DNA of 64,000 nucleotides from Styela clava (Eukaryota): NCBI RefSeq assembly GCF_964204865.1, contig NC_135254.1, positions 21,318,199 to 21,382,198 of the forward strand, read 5' to 3'. Shown piece by piece: positions 11,668 to 24,100 of this stretch (position 1 is its first letter; each line of letters starts with the position of its first letter). The notes under the pieces were generated by a model. It saw only the letters and a program-made list of their open reading frames with translations, ran no database searches and was not told where the DNA came from. The position numbers and the translations under genes were made by a program.

Positions 11668-12197
11668 GTCAAGAACAGTTCCCGCTCTAACGCTGATTTC
11701 ATTCCTTCAAATTTCAGGTCACTAGCCACAGTTAAAGCTAATTGTCTTTCTGATTGAGATAGATTTGCACCATCCAATATTTTGAATGTTAATATAGCAT
11801 CAGGTAGTTTCATATCAAATTCGGATATTTTATGATACAGGTGTTCAAATTCTATAATGTAATCTTTCATATCCATATTGAAAGATTTATTGAACGAGTT
11901 GAAAGCAGTGTAAGCATTGTAAGCATCATCTACTTTATCAGATTTGAAAACCCTGTCCAAGCTCTCTAACAAGGTTGTCATACCATCATTGCTATGAAGT
12001 TGACCAGCTGTTAACTCAGATGCAGCCTTTTCAGCTCTTTGATTTCCTTCAAGAGAACTTAGGACAACTACAATAGCTTGCTCTTTCTTATCAATAGGTG
12101 TGACCATTTGCCACATTTCAACTTTATTCCTCCATGCACTATAAGGTATATCATCCTTAAATTTAGGAGGGTTTTGTCTTGTTACTGATGAAGCCAT
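11652..12197 (-). CDS. copia-like Gag (capsid portion only; no CCHC zinc knuckle)
   Basis: 181-aa ORF MASSVTRQNPPKFKDDIPYSAWRNKVEMWQ... (copia UBN2-type gag pattern). Overlaps the pol ORF in a different frame. Confidence 0.75.
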   Translation of the reverse strand: MASSVTRQNPPKFKDDIPYSAWRNKVEMWQMVTPIDKKEQAIVVVLSSLEGNQRAEKAASELTAGQLHSNDGMTTLLESLDRVFKSDKVDDAYNAYTAFNSFNKSFNMDMKDYIIEFEHLYHKISEFDMKLPDAILTFKILDGANLSQSERQLALTVASDLKFEGMKSALERELFLTWKMM

Positions 12198-12210
12198 CTC
12201 AAAGAGCAGG

Positions 12211-12228
12211 AACCATCCTCTGCTACCA
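12211..12228 (-). other. Primer-binding site complementary to the 3' end of initiator tRNA-Met (TGGTAGCAGAGGATGGTT)
   Basis: The 18 nt immediately internal to the 5' LTR match the complement of ...AACCATCCTCTGCTACCA. Confidence 0.8.
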
Positions 12229-12425
12229 TGTAAAGTTTATTTGCCCTCAAGGCAGATACACATATACAGGTCCTCATCCAGGCCTGTCATAAACTAGAAT
12301 GAACCATCACCAAAGTAACACCCTCACACGCACACATGTAAACAAGTAATAATTACTCAATAACAACAAGTAATGGCACAATGATCACAAGTGTCTGGTA
12401 AAGTAATCAGACCAAAACATTCACA
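12229..12425 (-). repeat. 5' LTR (in element sense) of the copia-like element
   Basis: Identical to 8314-8510. Immediately followed, in element sense, by the PBS. Confidence 0.9.
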
Positions 12426-13776
12426 GCCACCATGTATAACTATGATCGCTAAGACTCGAATATCTTTCGCACATTTCCTGTTGTGGAATTTGGATTCGAA
12501 TCAGCTTATTGTAAAAAAAGAGGGTGTGTGTAATATTCGGAGAATCGATATACTGGGAGTTTGTTATGCCTAATTATCGGGCAAATTTTGAAACCGACTG
12601 TATGAACAGCTTGTTTTGGATATAATTAATAAACTGAGTTTTTTACTTTCAGTATGTGTAAAGTACTTTCTTATCTCTAAACACCTGAAGTGTTTATTTT
12701 TTTGTAGGGAGGGGGGGGGAGGATTTTGGAGAAATTGATACGAAAATTGTCAATCTGCCATCACGTTACCAAATATGTTACATCGCATACGCCATACGCT
12801 AAATATAGGAATCTTAATTTATTGCTCATCTTGTGATATAAACATTAAAAATTGAGGTCGATTCTTGCGTTTTCGTTATTTTCATTTCGATTCTCCTTAT
12901 TATAAAGTAAACTGTTATTTCCTTTTTATGATTAATGAGCGCTTCCATGATTTCATTCACCTACATGTAACAAGTCACATGTTTAGCTTCAAGGCACAAT
13001 CTCGCCGCAGTCACGTGTACCTTTTTAGTCTGATTCGTCGAGAACCGGCGACACATCTTCACACCTCTACTGAAATATGTCACAAGGTCATTCGCAATCC
13101 TAATTTACCGGCCATGTGTAAATTGAGCGACGTTTGGTTAGTTTAGGGATCTCTGACAATCACGTGATCTTAGACCACCAGGTTTTCAGTTAATTCAAGA
13201 TAGGAAATATATATAATCTCACAATATATTAAGATGTAAGTTCATGTTTATAAGATAAACAACAGTACAGACTAACAAATGTGACTCAGACAGTCATAAT
13301 CAATGTTCTCGTATTGCTGACGTGCCAATGTCGTTCGCGGAAATTCATAAAACGTCAGCATTCTCACAAAACTTCAATCGCATGTTTCAACAACGGCGGA
13401 TAATATAACATTGACGAGTGTGGTGGGATAGCTTGAAATGATTACGTGCGTTTTGCAATGCAAATTGGAATCGATTTTGTTGACTGGCTAAAATACCGAT
13501 TCGGTATGTTCTTGACAATTTGGCCTTGATTGTGGATATGCGCATATTCATTGAATGTCCCATCTTTTCACGTTATTACATTTTTGGTTGTACTAGTACT
13601 ATTGAATTATACACTTTAACTAGTTCACTTATTGACGCCTAAAGACGGATTTTGAGTAAATTTGTATTCGCGTACCCTTTTATGAAAGTTATGTACGTAA
13701 GTTACATGTACTGGGTTTACGGTAGCATAAATCATGTTGATATCTCATGATCTATGACGTAAAATTGTTTTAAAAT

Positions 13777-13820
13777 TTTTCAGCATTCAACGTTACATTT
13801 TTCAGCATTCAACGTTACGC
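13777..13820 (+). repeat. 22-bp tandem duplication (tttttcagcattcaacgttac[a/g]) duplicating the 3' splice site and the first 14 nt of the mTOR exon at 13806
   Basis: Two adjacent near-identical copies. Use of the upstream AG would add 22 nt and shift the frame. Confidence 0.85.
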
Positions 13821-13953
13821 TGTCATACCGTTATCAACAAACTCAGGACTTATAGGATGGGTTCCACATTGCGACACATTACACGCTCTTATTCGTGATT
13901 ACCGAGATAAGAAGAAGATCTTAATTAACATTGAGCACAGGATTATGTTGCGG
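13806..13953 (+). CDS. MTOR: mTOR exon (kinase domain); preceded by duplicated twin 3' splice sites
   Basis: Peptide (S)[49 protein letters not shown] is near-identical to human. Donor CGG|GTTTGT. Confidence 0.92.
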
Positions 13954-14152
13954 GTTTGTGGCCTTTTTTTGAATATGGTATTGCTTGAAGGGTTTCATAC
14001 AGGAAAATCCATTTTTCTCAGTGGAATTTTGACTAAATTTAGTATACGTCGCTCTTTTACGTCAGTATATGTACAGTTTATGGGGGGTTTCGGTGCACAA
14101 AATAGAAGGCGGTGGATTGAGTGTGACGATGTTATTTTGCCTTTTTGTTCAG

Positions 14153-14275
14153 ATGGCTCCTGACTACGATCATCTGACGTTAATGCAAAAAGTCGAAGTG
14201 TTTGAGCATGCCGTCAACAATACTGCAGGCGACGATCTTGCGAAATTACTGTGGCTGAAAAGTCCAAGTTCTGAG
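14153..14275 (+). CDS. MTOR: mTOR exon (kinase domain)
   Basis: Peptide [41 protein letters not shown] is identical to human over 41 aa. Acceptor tttgttcag|ATG, donor GAG|GTATTT. Confidence 0.95.
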
Positions 14276-15705
14276 GTATTTCTTCAATGTTTTTTCTCTT
14301 TTTTTGAAGCAATTAACCGCGCATGGTTTGTCTTATATATTTGCAAGTTATTCATGCAAATCTATAATATTCCGCCCTATTTCTGTGTTTTTGCGGAATA
14401 AAACTTTTTTTCGCCTGACCATGCGGGATGCTTGTGACGTATCTACCGTTACGACTTACGTGGTCAGCGACGTCGTCGACGGAAAAATAAACAGCGTTAG
14501 CGTCGTCAAACGGAGAAGTAGGTCCCTCAAACAAAACACATGCAAATCGCAAATTAAACGCTCATTTTCCACGCCCAGTTACCAGCAACGGATAATGCAC
14601 AGGCCAGCTACAAATAGCGCATAAAAGTGCGATTTATGGTAGAGATCATGCGTGAACACGTCTGTCTTTCGACCCAATTTAATATCGCTAAATACACATA
14701 ACTAATTAAAACGCATTGAAAAGTAGGTTATGGTTTTTCAATAATTATGCGAACGACATCCGGTAATCATCGTCTAAGTAGTTCTTTCATAATTGGTGCG
14801 ATGGTTTGAATGCGGTTCAAATTTCGCAATTTTTATAAACAACCGGGCAAAATGACCAATTAACAGATAACATCGGCGACGATGATACTCACCAATCTTG
14901 TACCTTCTTTGTGTTTGTAAAATCCAGCGAGGAAAGCAAACCCATACCTAACTATTTATATTTTATAAATCAAAAAAAATTTCGATGACGAGTAAAATAG
15001 TCATAGTTGACGACAGTGTGCAACAAGACATATATAATAGTAAAATAGGTGTGTAGATATTTTTAGGACCTTCATGCTAGTTAAATCGACAACCGTCTTT
15101 GTGGGTTTACAAATCTCAGGCTGCAATCTATTTTGCTCAGTAGTCCAATATTGCGCAAAATTTATCGATGCTATGCTAATCATATGAGCTATAAATACCG
15201 GTATATGCGATACACAGAACATGCGGCTGTAGGCACCACTATATGGTTAACTCGATTTTAGTTTTTCTGGTCCGATTTTCATTGAATTTATCACTGTTCG
15301 TCTTTTCAACAACATGGCTCTAATTTCTATAACATCGCTTGTCCTATCGCTTTGCAGACAACGAGTACTTGTCCACTTATAGTATTGGTCATTGGTCAGC
15401 TATCACCTACTTGAAGCAGCATTAAGTGAAATAAAAAGCCAAAACAATTAGGGTAAAGTGTGCTATTTGCTGATAATATGGAGTTCGTAAGACATCCCTG
15501 TCAAAACATTTCTCGCGAAGATCAAGTATTAAATCTCCCTTTGTTTCTTGGAACGTCCATACCAATTTAAATTGCCTCAATATCCATGTGCAACGAGCCA
15601 AACAACAAGCTTTTTCTTACGAAAGCTTGCGTCACCACTCATCAGCACTAGACAAGTCACTTCAAACCAAAATTATATGAAAATATATACAAATGTTCAT
15701 TCCAG

Positions 15706-15861
15706 ATATGGTTCGACAGACGAACGAATTACACTCGGTCATTGGCAGTCATGTCAATGGTAGGTCACGTACTTGGGCTCGGTGATCGTCATCCCAGTAA
15801 TTTGATGTTGGATCGGGTTAGCGGAAAAGTACTTCACATTGATTTTGGAGATTGTTTTGAG
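15706..15861 (+). CDS. MTOR: mTOR exon (kinase catalytic loop/DFG region)
   Basis: Peptide [52 protein letters not shown] (includes GDRHPSN and DFG). Donor GAG|GTATGT. Confidence 0.95.
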
Positions 15862-15938
15862 GTATGTAAGAATATTATTACTTATGTTTGGACGAAAAAA
15901 AAATGCAAAGCAAGCAAATAAATGTATTTTTCACGTAG

Positions 15939-16013
15939 GTTGCTATGGCGAGAGAAAAGTTCCCAGAGAAAATTCCTTTCAGATTGACAAGAATGTTAAC
16001 AAACGCTATGGAG
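15939..16013 (+). CDS. MTOR: mTOR exon
   Basis: Peptide [25 protein letters not shown] versus human [25 protein letters not shown]. Acceptor cacgtag|GTT, donor GAG|GTGAGA. Confidence 0.95.
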
Positions 16014-16209
16014 GTGAGAACATTTTTGATTCTTTATTGTCGAGGTGGAGATTCTATTGATAATTTTGTGATACAAATACTAACGCTATTAATGGCATTA
16101 AGTCATTGGACGTACTTGTCAATAATAATCTATTTCTGGAGTCATAAGTATACAGTACTATGTTGGTCTCACGACCAGGTATGTCCTGTTTTGTTCAAGC
16201 ATTCATAGC

Positions 16210-16520
16210 AGACAGGGGCAAAGAACAGCCCGCGGGCCAAATTCGACCTGTTGGGTAATTCAATCTGGCCCGACTTATGCTGCTACAACCAAACTGAACC
16301 CAAATTTTGATGTTTTAGCTAAAAATAGCTCAAGGAATTTGTTGAGATCGCGGGTTAATTTAGTTTTCGCACGAGGCATATTGTTTTCCACTTTTGCTTT
16401 GTAACACTGTAAATATTGTCCATAAAATGTAACTTTTTACGTCACACTTACATGGCCCGCCAGATTGGTGGGCAAAATTGTTGGCCCATGGTTCAAAAAC
16501 CCTGCCAACCTATGATCTAT
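16210..16520 (+). repeat. Dispersed ~310-bp repeat, copy 2 (another mTOR intron); possible MITE
   Basis: See copy 1. The ends GGGCCAAAT ... ATTTTGCCCACC are weakly inverted. Confidence 0.7.
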
Positions 16521-18125
16521 GGTATTCTCCACCATTTATCATATCACCAAAATTTATTTTCCATTTTGTCAAAGTTCAAATCCTGACATCCCAACTTATA
16601 AATCACAATTTCTATCGTATGCCCTGATATTCATTATTATTTCGCCAAGAACAACGAGATATACAATTTTCTTCAATTTATGTATGGTCCTTGTATGAAA
16701 TCAACTGAAATGAAAGTTATTTCTGTCGGGTATAGCAGTATCAGGCATTCAGTGAAAGTGTAGTATCCTGCTGTTATGTGTGACATACATGGCCCAATAG
16801 ACAAATACATAACTGATTGCTTCGGTATTGCGAAATCCTACCGCCGTCAATTACGGCTTTACGACCATCGATCGCAATTTGCCGGTCGGTCTCCGCCATC
16901 ATTAAATCTGCTCGACGCTGATGCGGTTCGATCGGGTTTAGTCGTCAATAAGCCTCCCGATGTTGTTGTTTTGACGAATAGAGAAGCTATGCGATATTGC
17001 TGCATACCTCTATGTGGATATTTCTGACGCAAATGAGTCGGTGCTGAGTGATTATTCATTACCAGATTTCATTAATACCAAATGCAATTCAAGATTTATC
17101 TTCTAATATTCCTCACAACAGCGCTCGCGCCACAACTACAAAATTTTGATTTTCAGTCATATTTGTTCGATCTCTGATCGATTTACGTACCGTATATATC
17201 AAAAAAACATGATCTCGTCAGAGATGAGTCTCACTATGAAAATGATGGTAGAAATGACATGACAACCGTCGATTGACACTGGGTAGTGCGGATACAATTA
17301 TATTATTTACTGCTCGCCATCGAAGACACTTTTTAAAGATGATGAGTCGTGCACAATTTTACCCAGAAATTTCAAATTTCCGTTTCTCGAAGATTTATCA
17401 CTCATCCAGAATTATCCAACGAAATTCCGGGTATTGACAGATTATAGAGATTGGTGTCCGCCATTCTTATGTCGACATCGTACCAACATCTGGCGTTTTG
17501 CATATTACATGAATGGTTTCTATTATTTTGTTAATCACGTGATGTCGGAGAATTGACCAAAATATTACTAATTATAAATAAGTTGACTTAGATCGTTCAA
17601 ACAAATAGTGCTTTAATGGCTGTTTTCAATTCTTCGGCCCATTTTCAGTTAATTATCAATTTTGTATTGTACCAAGCATGATACTTATTTTACAACGTTC
17701 CGTCATTGAGGTAACTTGGCTGGGCTCCGAGTATTTTTTGCAATTTATAATGTAAAATTTGTTTCTCAAAACGAGTCATGTATAGGAAGACTGATATAAA
17801 TAACACCTAGATAGTTTTCCGATATTCTATATTCATTTTAAACTAAAATCATGCTATTTGTGCGAAATTTCGAGTGGTAAATTTGATTTCACTGGTTAGT
17901 CACAACTCACAATGCATAAAAGGTGATAATTATAGTCCGAAAAAATTAATTGGTGGGATGACATCTGATTCCCTATTGGGAAGTAAGGGGAAGTGAGAAG
18001 AATTCCGAAAGCATTCATTGATATTTTTGTGTAATGTCCTATATAGCCGTAATATTTGTATTGGGAGTTATATCCGTCCGAGATCGACAACGAACCATTC
18101 CTTCATACTGAATTTTTTTTTACAG

Positions 18126-18261
18126 GTTACTGGAATAGAGGGAAACTATCGAAACACATGTCACGTCGTTATGTCCGTGCTGCGTCAGCACCGAGAAAGC
18201 GTAATGACGGTATTAGAGGCTTTCGTGTATGATCCTCTGTTGAACTGGAGACTTGTGGAAA
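18126..18261 (+). CDS. MTOR: mTOR exon
   Basis: Peptide [45 protein letters not shown] versus human [45 protein letters not shown]. Donor A|GTAAGT. Confidence 0.92.
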
Positions 18262-19309
18262 GTAAGTGTTAATTATGAACACTGATTTAGATAAAGTATT
18301 AACGTAGATTTCTTATCTAGAAATTTCCATATTTTACTCCCAAAACATATCTATGACGTGCTATGACATTTGCATGCTAATTTTCTCGTAATAAATCTAT
18401 CTTGCCGACGTGGTCTGAATTCTTTTCTGTGTAAAATTCAAATTCACAAAATTTTAGGAAAGTAATCTCAATTTAATGGTATATCGCAATCATTCGATAT
18501 GAACAACAAACTCAATCATTTAAACTGGGTGAAATTACTAAAGGAATGAGGTTCTGGCCGAAATCGACTATTCAATTACATTTATGATTGACGTTTTTTT
18601 TTCGGTAGCAAGAATTCCTAATAAAAATGAATAAACATTTACGAATAAATTCAATAAAATTTCTGACGCTTTATCATCAATATAGAAGTAACATAAATAA
18701 ATGCCTCCTTGTTTGATTTGCTACGTTTATGAATATTATCAATGCTAAAATTAGTCTGCGATGCGGTTTCGATATAATGAGTCTATGACGCGATAGTTTA
18801 TCAGCCCGCCTCAAATAAATTTAGTTTTTTGTATACAAATCATTTTGTATATTAAGATTCGTTTCCGCTGTTTCTGCACGGTATGCACTTTTATATGGAA
18901 TGGAATTTCAGTCGATAATTTTCGACATTTATGCGTGTCGTTGCAAATTTGCAAGTAGATATGATGATTTTTTTCTTTTCTACTTGAAACAATTTTTGGG
19001 CCGACTGTTAACATGCACTGCCCCGTGATATTGATGGTTCCCACTGCGTGTTTTTTTTTTTGTTGACAAAGTAGCAATATTTTCCCTAGTATATATTGGG
19101 CTTTTGGCGACAGTTTGTCTGTACTGAGTTTGGCATCTTTGAAAAATTCGAGATTTTTATTGGGTCATCTACCTATACCAATTACCTGTTTGAATTACGA
19201 CATAATCAACACGATACGGGGCTCGTCACTAATACGTTCAGAAGTTTTCTTTCTATGTTGCTCACAATCCCGTTTCTATCTACTTCTTTCATTCAATATC
19301 GTCTTTTAG

Positions 19310-19447
19310 ATGTCGGAGAAAAGAATGGGCGAGTTGCCGATGTTCCGGCAGCGCAACAAACCGACAATATGGTTCCCAACGGAATGAACGGTGCCGGTGA
19401 CATTCGTCAACACGAACAGATGTTTGAACATCCTCCAAAGATTTCAG
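19310..19447 (+). CDS. MTOR: mTOR exon (variable linker before FATC)
   Basis: Phase-consistent acceptor tcttttag|AT and donor G|GTGAAT. Low-complexity peptide NVGEKNGRVADVPAAQQTDNMVPNGMNGAGDIRQHEQMFEHPPKIS, corresponding to the poorly conserved human TNTKGNKRS...linker. Confidence 0.7.
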
Positions 19448-19524
19448 GTGAATTAATTGAATATAATGCTAAATCTCACGTAGAATTTTCATTAGGCATA
19501 TAATTTATAAACCTATATTTTAAG

Positions 19525-19608
19525 GGAGTGAAGGCGAAACGGTGATTCCTGAAGTCTTGAACAAAAAAGCTGTCGCTATAATTAACCGAGTACGAGACAA
19601 ATTAACTG
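19525..19608 (+). CDS. MTOR: mTOR exon
   Basis: Peptide GSEGETVIPEVLNKKAVAIINRVRDKLTG versus human DGLVKPEALNKKAIQIINRVRDKLTG. Acceptor ttttaag|GG, donor G|GTAAGA. Confidence 0.9.
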
Positions 19609-20684
19609 GTAAGACTTGAATTTGCTTGAAAATATTGATTTTATATGTTGTATTAACATAACCTTCTGCGATATTGCGATTCTGGGGTCTCGTGGTGTGT
19701 TTTTCTCTTATAATGTAGATTGGTGCGAGTTAACGATGTTCGGCGGGTATATTTTAGTGGACTTTTGCTTACAAACGTGCGTCTTTTCAGTCTTATCAAA
19801 CCGATGTTGCAAAGTTTATGAGCACTGAAAACGTCAAACTTCAAGTGCTGACGAAACAACTCCTCAGCTCAGCAGAATAATATTACGCAGACGCCGTTTG
19901 TTTGCTGCGCACTCGCTCGACCCAGCTCGCTGCTAATCGTCGCATCTTTCGCTCCTCCTAGGAGCGAGTGAGATTTCTTTCTTTCTCTTATTCTCTTACT
20001 TGTGTTCGTCGATTTCGCGTCGTCCGTTCGCATCTGGCAAACTGCTATCGAACTTTCTCTCAGACCTCGATTTCAGGATGTTCGAGCATCGGCACACACT
20101 GTAATGCGCTTTTCAGTACAATTTATAAATGGCCCCTTCTTGTCCGTTATATAACTTTACAATGCGACGCCAGCGGACTTCAGTCAATTATACATTTTGC
20201 CCCTGAACGCCGGCGTTTCAATTTTCAATGGAACCGCCTAATGACCTATCAGTACACTGGTATCGATTACAGAACATGATGAACCATTCGTTTGAATTAT
20301 CATTGATCTACTGTGGTAAATTACGATCGTCATTGGACGCGAAAACGGATACAAATATCAGCTGGTCGGTCAGCTGTATACCAAAAAGGTCCAAATGAAG
20401 TTGTTTCGCTATTGTATCCGTGATTTCATATTCAATGACCTGTCCGTACCTCAATCGCGCCTTACCGTGTAATTCTTATACCAGGTGGGAGTGGTAAGAC
20501 CAAAATCGAGAAATATGTCAAAATTTATGTTATATTTCGTATTGTTTTTAAATATCTTAAATCTTTTCTCTATACTATTGCAAGAAACCAAGATATTTCA
20601 CAAATGATTTCATATTTCAAAGCGCCTGAAACGAAAAGTCCACAAGTCATGAATATGCATAAATGTTTCAACTCCACTGTTTAG

Positions 20685-20793
20685 GTTGTGATTTTGCAAA
20701 CGAGGTTTCTTCTTTGGATGTACCAACGCAGGTTGAACTTTTGATACAGCAAGCTACGTCTCATGAAAATTTGTGTCAGTGTTATATCGGATG
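20685..20793 (+). CDS. MTOR: mTOR exon (FATC domain)
   Basis: Peptide [36 protein letters not shown] versus human [35 protein letters not shown]. Donor TG|GTAACT. Confidence 0.92.
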
Positions 20794-21086
20794 GTAACTG
20801 CTTTTTATTTCGTTATTTTTTTCAGTAGTATCATTTTTCATTACGTTTGAAAATAAAAATGAGCTAAAATACCGATAAAATCAATCGTATGGTTCCTAGT
20901 TTATGCACTTGTGCATTTACCATGTACCAACGTAAAACTTCGATTCAGAAAATTTTGAAAAACGAAACGAAATAATTTATCCGACTATGACATTTTCATC
21001 AATAGTAATGCAAGGGCGTAACCGTTTGAAATGGAATTAAACGTATCAACAGTCAGCTAATCCGTATATTTCTTTCTCCTAATTAG

Positions 21087-21102
21087 GTGCCCATTTTGGT
21101 AA
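21087..21102 (+). CDS. MTOR: mTOR terminal coding exon (W)CPFW-stop
   Basis: Acceptor ctaattag|G completes the Trp codon, followed by TGC CCA TTT TGG TAA. This matches the universal TOR C-terminus CPFW. Confidence 0.9.
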
Positions 21103-23238
21103 TGTCGTCGTGATCAAAACGAAGACGAATTTATATAGCAACACATTGTCGATGCTGATAACATCATATCCGGGAATTACTCATTCAATCTCGTCTACCA
21201 ATTTCAGAGACCGCTACGAGGACCCCGCTGGCACAAAATCAATTATTATACCTGATAGTTGGTGCATAATAACCAAACATTTTGCTGGCCTAACATGCAT
21301 TAAAAGCATTGCCAGCTGTGTCCAGTTCCACTCGTTAGTTGAATTCCGGTGCTGAATATTGAACTAGTTTCAAATCAAGTGCTACATTTAAAAATGTACA
21401 ATCATGTTTAAAAATGAAATTGAATTGTGTAATGAGCGTTAAGCGAATACACTTTGTATTAATGAAGTTGGAAAATATTGAAAACAAGCATATATTGCGA
21501 ACGGTTTTCAAGGCGAATGAATGCTAGGGATATTTCGAACTGGTTTGTATCTTGCTCTAGTTGTGAGAAAAACTTCGTGTTAATTACGTTGTCATTTTGT
21601 GGAAACTCAACTTCAACATATAAAAAACTTCAACATATAAAATTTAACAAAAATAAATAATTGTATTTGTGCGTGAACTGGAGTTAAATTGTGGCCTGGA
21701 CTTCAACAACTATTTCATTTTTATGCCATTGGGTATTGTGTATTTCCGAATATTTAATAAAATTCTAGTAATTTATAACTTTGCTCTGTCAAGTTGCTGG
21801 TGGTTTTCCGTCTAAATAGATGGCTGGCGAGAATCTATGCACGTATCCGGGAGTTATAATTTAAGTATGGTGAAGCACATTCTTGAGTCACATGAGCAGA
21901 GCTGGAGAAGTTTAGGAAAACTGTAAAGTTAATAGTTTTATTTTTGAGCAAAAACGTGTTTTCACAGGCCGACTTGAAAAGTCGAAGAATTTGTGGTTAT
22001 ATAAAACTCCCTTCGATATTTCGCACTTGCGGAGGAATCTTATACACGATAAAATAGAATAGTTTTTTCGGAATCATTTCCGTTACTTTTATCGCGTTAG
22101 CGCCTTTCATGTGAGGGGAAGTTGAGATAAAAGATGTGGAAATGCTGGATATCGCTAACCTTAAAGCGATAGCGTGCTGATATCGTTTTCTATTTTGAAA
22201 TGTCACCCGCAGTGTGATTTCTCGCTATGCATCGTATTTTCTTGCTTCAGATTGCCTACCTGTAGTTATTTTTATCGCTCCTCAGCATATATCGCCCATT
22301 ACGTGAAAACTACTAGCGTTCTATTGTTAATGAATTAGCTTTTTGAAACAACATAGGGTTTTTGCACCCCGATCGGATATTTTTATTCTACCGACGCTGA
22401 AGCACTCAAATATCCTTTGGTATTGAAAGATAAAAATATAACCTGCTCTTTGCAACTCGGGTGTTGGCAAGAAAATCCTGTTTTCTAATTAAGTTTGATA
22501 AATTGCTCCTGAAGTCACGTTTCATTGAATAAAAACATGTTGATACGCGATATGATTCAGTTTTGGAATAAACACAACGAAGTTGAACTCGATCGCGGGC
22601 TTGAGAAACGCACAAGCGCACGTACAGCTCAGATATTGACATTCTGTTTAGTTGCTATTTCCAAACCACCAACTCGATTCATCGAGCGGTGACGTGATGC
22701 ACAGAAGGCGACCAACTTGTTCCACCATGCAATATACTGACAAAATGAGATAGTGGGCGATATTATTTATGTCTGATCCACTGGTCACAAAATAAAGACG
22801 AGTTCAATTTTTTATATCCATTTATCATATTTGGTTTCAATTATGTTGAAAACTAGAAATTTAGTTTTAATGGCCAAACTTGGTCGAGCGCTTTCAGAAC
22901 GTCTTAATTACTTCTGTATCGCTCTCGTGCTACAAGTGTGCAAATTCGAAACACCTAAAACGCTCCTGTTTTTGTTTGAACGCTGGACACGATGAATCTT
23001 GCCGAAAAGCAGAGTCCAAAACATTAAGATACTCTTGTCAACGCAGGTACGTCGAAAAGAGTTTCAGGTCTCAATTCGGAAAAGTACAGACAATAAAGAT
23101 AGAACGTTCGATTGTTTACTTTCTTTCACCAGTTATTTGGAGCGACAAATATTAGTCTCTTCTCGTTCTCTCTCGTCGTTCGTGCGTCGACGCATTCTCC
23201 TTTGTTTCTTTTATTTAATCAGCCGGTTTGCAGTTCAG

Positions 23239-23246
23239 TATATAAA
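23239..23246 (+). promoter_or_regulatory. TATA box (TATATAAA) of the DDIT4/REDD1-like gene, followed by a short non-coding first exon ending at a donor near 23337 (AAG|GTGAAG)
   Basis: A consensus TATA lies about 30 bp upstream of a plausible leader exon. The intron acceptor tgtgtttag| at 23744 precedes the ATG at 23797. Confidence 0.5.
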
Positions 23247-23796
23247 CCATCTCTCGCATCCTTCGCCGGTTCAGTCGTCAATTTGAAAGCTGGTGCTCTG
23301 TCTCGTTGGAAAAACGTTTTCATTGTGGTCAAATAAGGTGAAGTTGAATCGCGAAGTATTTTAGTAGCCTGATTGGTAACGGTACCGTTATTGTCATTTT
23401 ACGAAATCATATAACTCCTCGGATAGCGAGATTGTCTCAGTGTTGCACTCCGTTCAGACTAATTTAAAGCAATCGACAATACCGGTACACTAATAATAGT
23501 TTATTCATATGTTGTACAGTAATTAGAGCAGGGAAATAAATCAGTACTTATATCTGCATATACTTGGTACAGGGTAATTTGTGTATGTGTATAAATTATA
23601 TCGGTCCGCTCTAGATCTATTTTTTCAACATATCACTTACTTGCAAGTTTCCTGATCGTTGGTGTGAATGCTTGTTTTACTGTTTTATAAATAACGATTA
23701 ACGAGTAATATTCACGGTGAACATACTTTTTGTATTGTGTTTAGTGCTTAACTTTACTGCTATATTTGTCGGTGAATCATACTCTGAAGACTTGAA

Positions 23797-24100
23797 ATGG
23801 CTTCCAGCGAGACTATTTCGAAGAACGAAACTTCTCTTCGCGAAATGATTTCGTCTTTCGTTCGCAAACCCACAAAGCAACAACGTAGAAAGCAAATTAC
23901 AGAAGCGGAGGCGCGCAAAAATCGTTGCACAAGGAAAACAACTAACATTGATTCGTTTTGCGACTGTGGACATAGTGATGTTGGATTTTGGGACAACGAC
24001 ATTTCAACTGACTCATTTTTAGAACTTTCTTCCGATGTATTACCAGTAGAAATAGACAGCATGGAAAATGGTACATACGACGGGATTTTAGTAGAAAACG
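23797..24100 (+). CDS. DDIT4: DDIT4/REDD1-like (RTP801 family) coding exon 1
   Basis: ATG-initiated ORF MASSETISKNETSLREMISSFVRKPTKQQRRK...ILVEN. Donor G|GTAAGC. Phase is consistent with the next two exons, which carry the RTP801 C-terminal domain. Confidence 0.7.

Larger units (their letters stand above)
8314..12425 (-). mobile_element. Ty1/copia-like LTR retrotransposon, internally deleted, inserted antisense in an mTOR intron
   Basis: Identical 197-bp LTRs (TG...CA) at 8314-8510 and 12229-12425. 5-bp TSD GCCAC at 8309-8313 and 12426-12430. Order on the minus strand is gag - IN - RT/RNaseH. The PBS is complementary to the tRNA-iMet 3' end. Confidence 0.93.

Noticed and set aside
11560..11700. 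Retroviral-type protease active site in the copia element
   Set aside because: Only FTESGHY is present where a D-S/T-G is expected, and about 45 aa separate it from the integrase zinc finger. That is too short for a protease fold, so it is treated as a deleted or inactivated protease.
11476..11757. Plus-strand ORF overlapping the gag/IN junction of the retroelement
   Set aside because: It is antisense to the element's own genes and has no similarity to anything.
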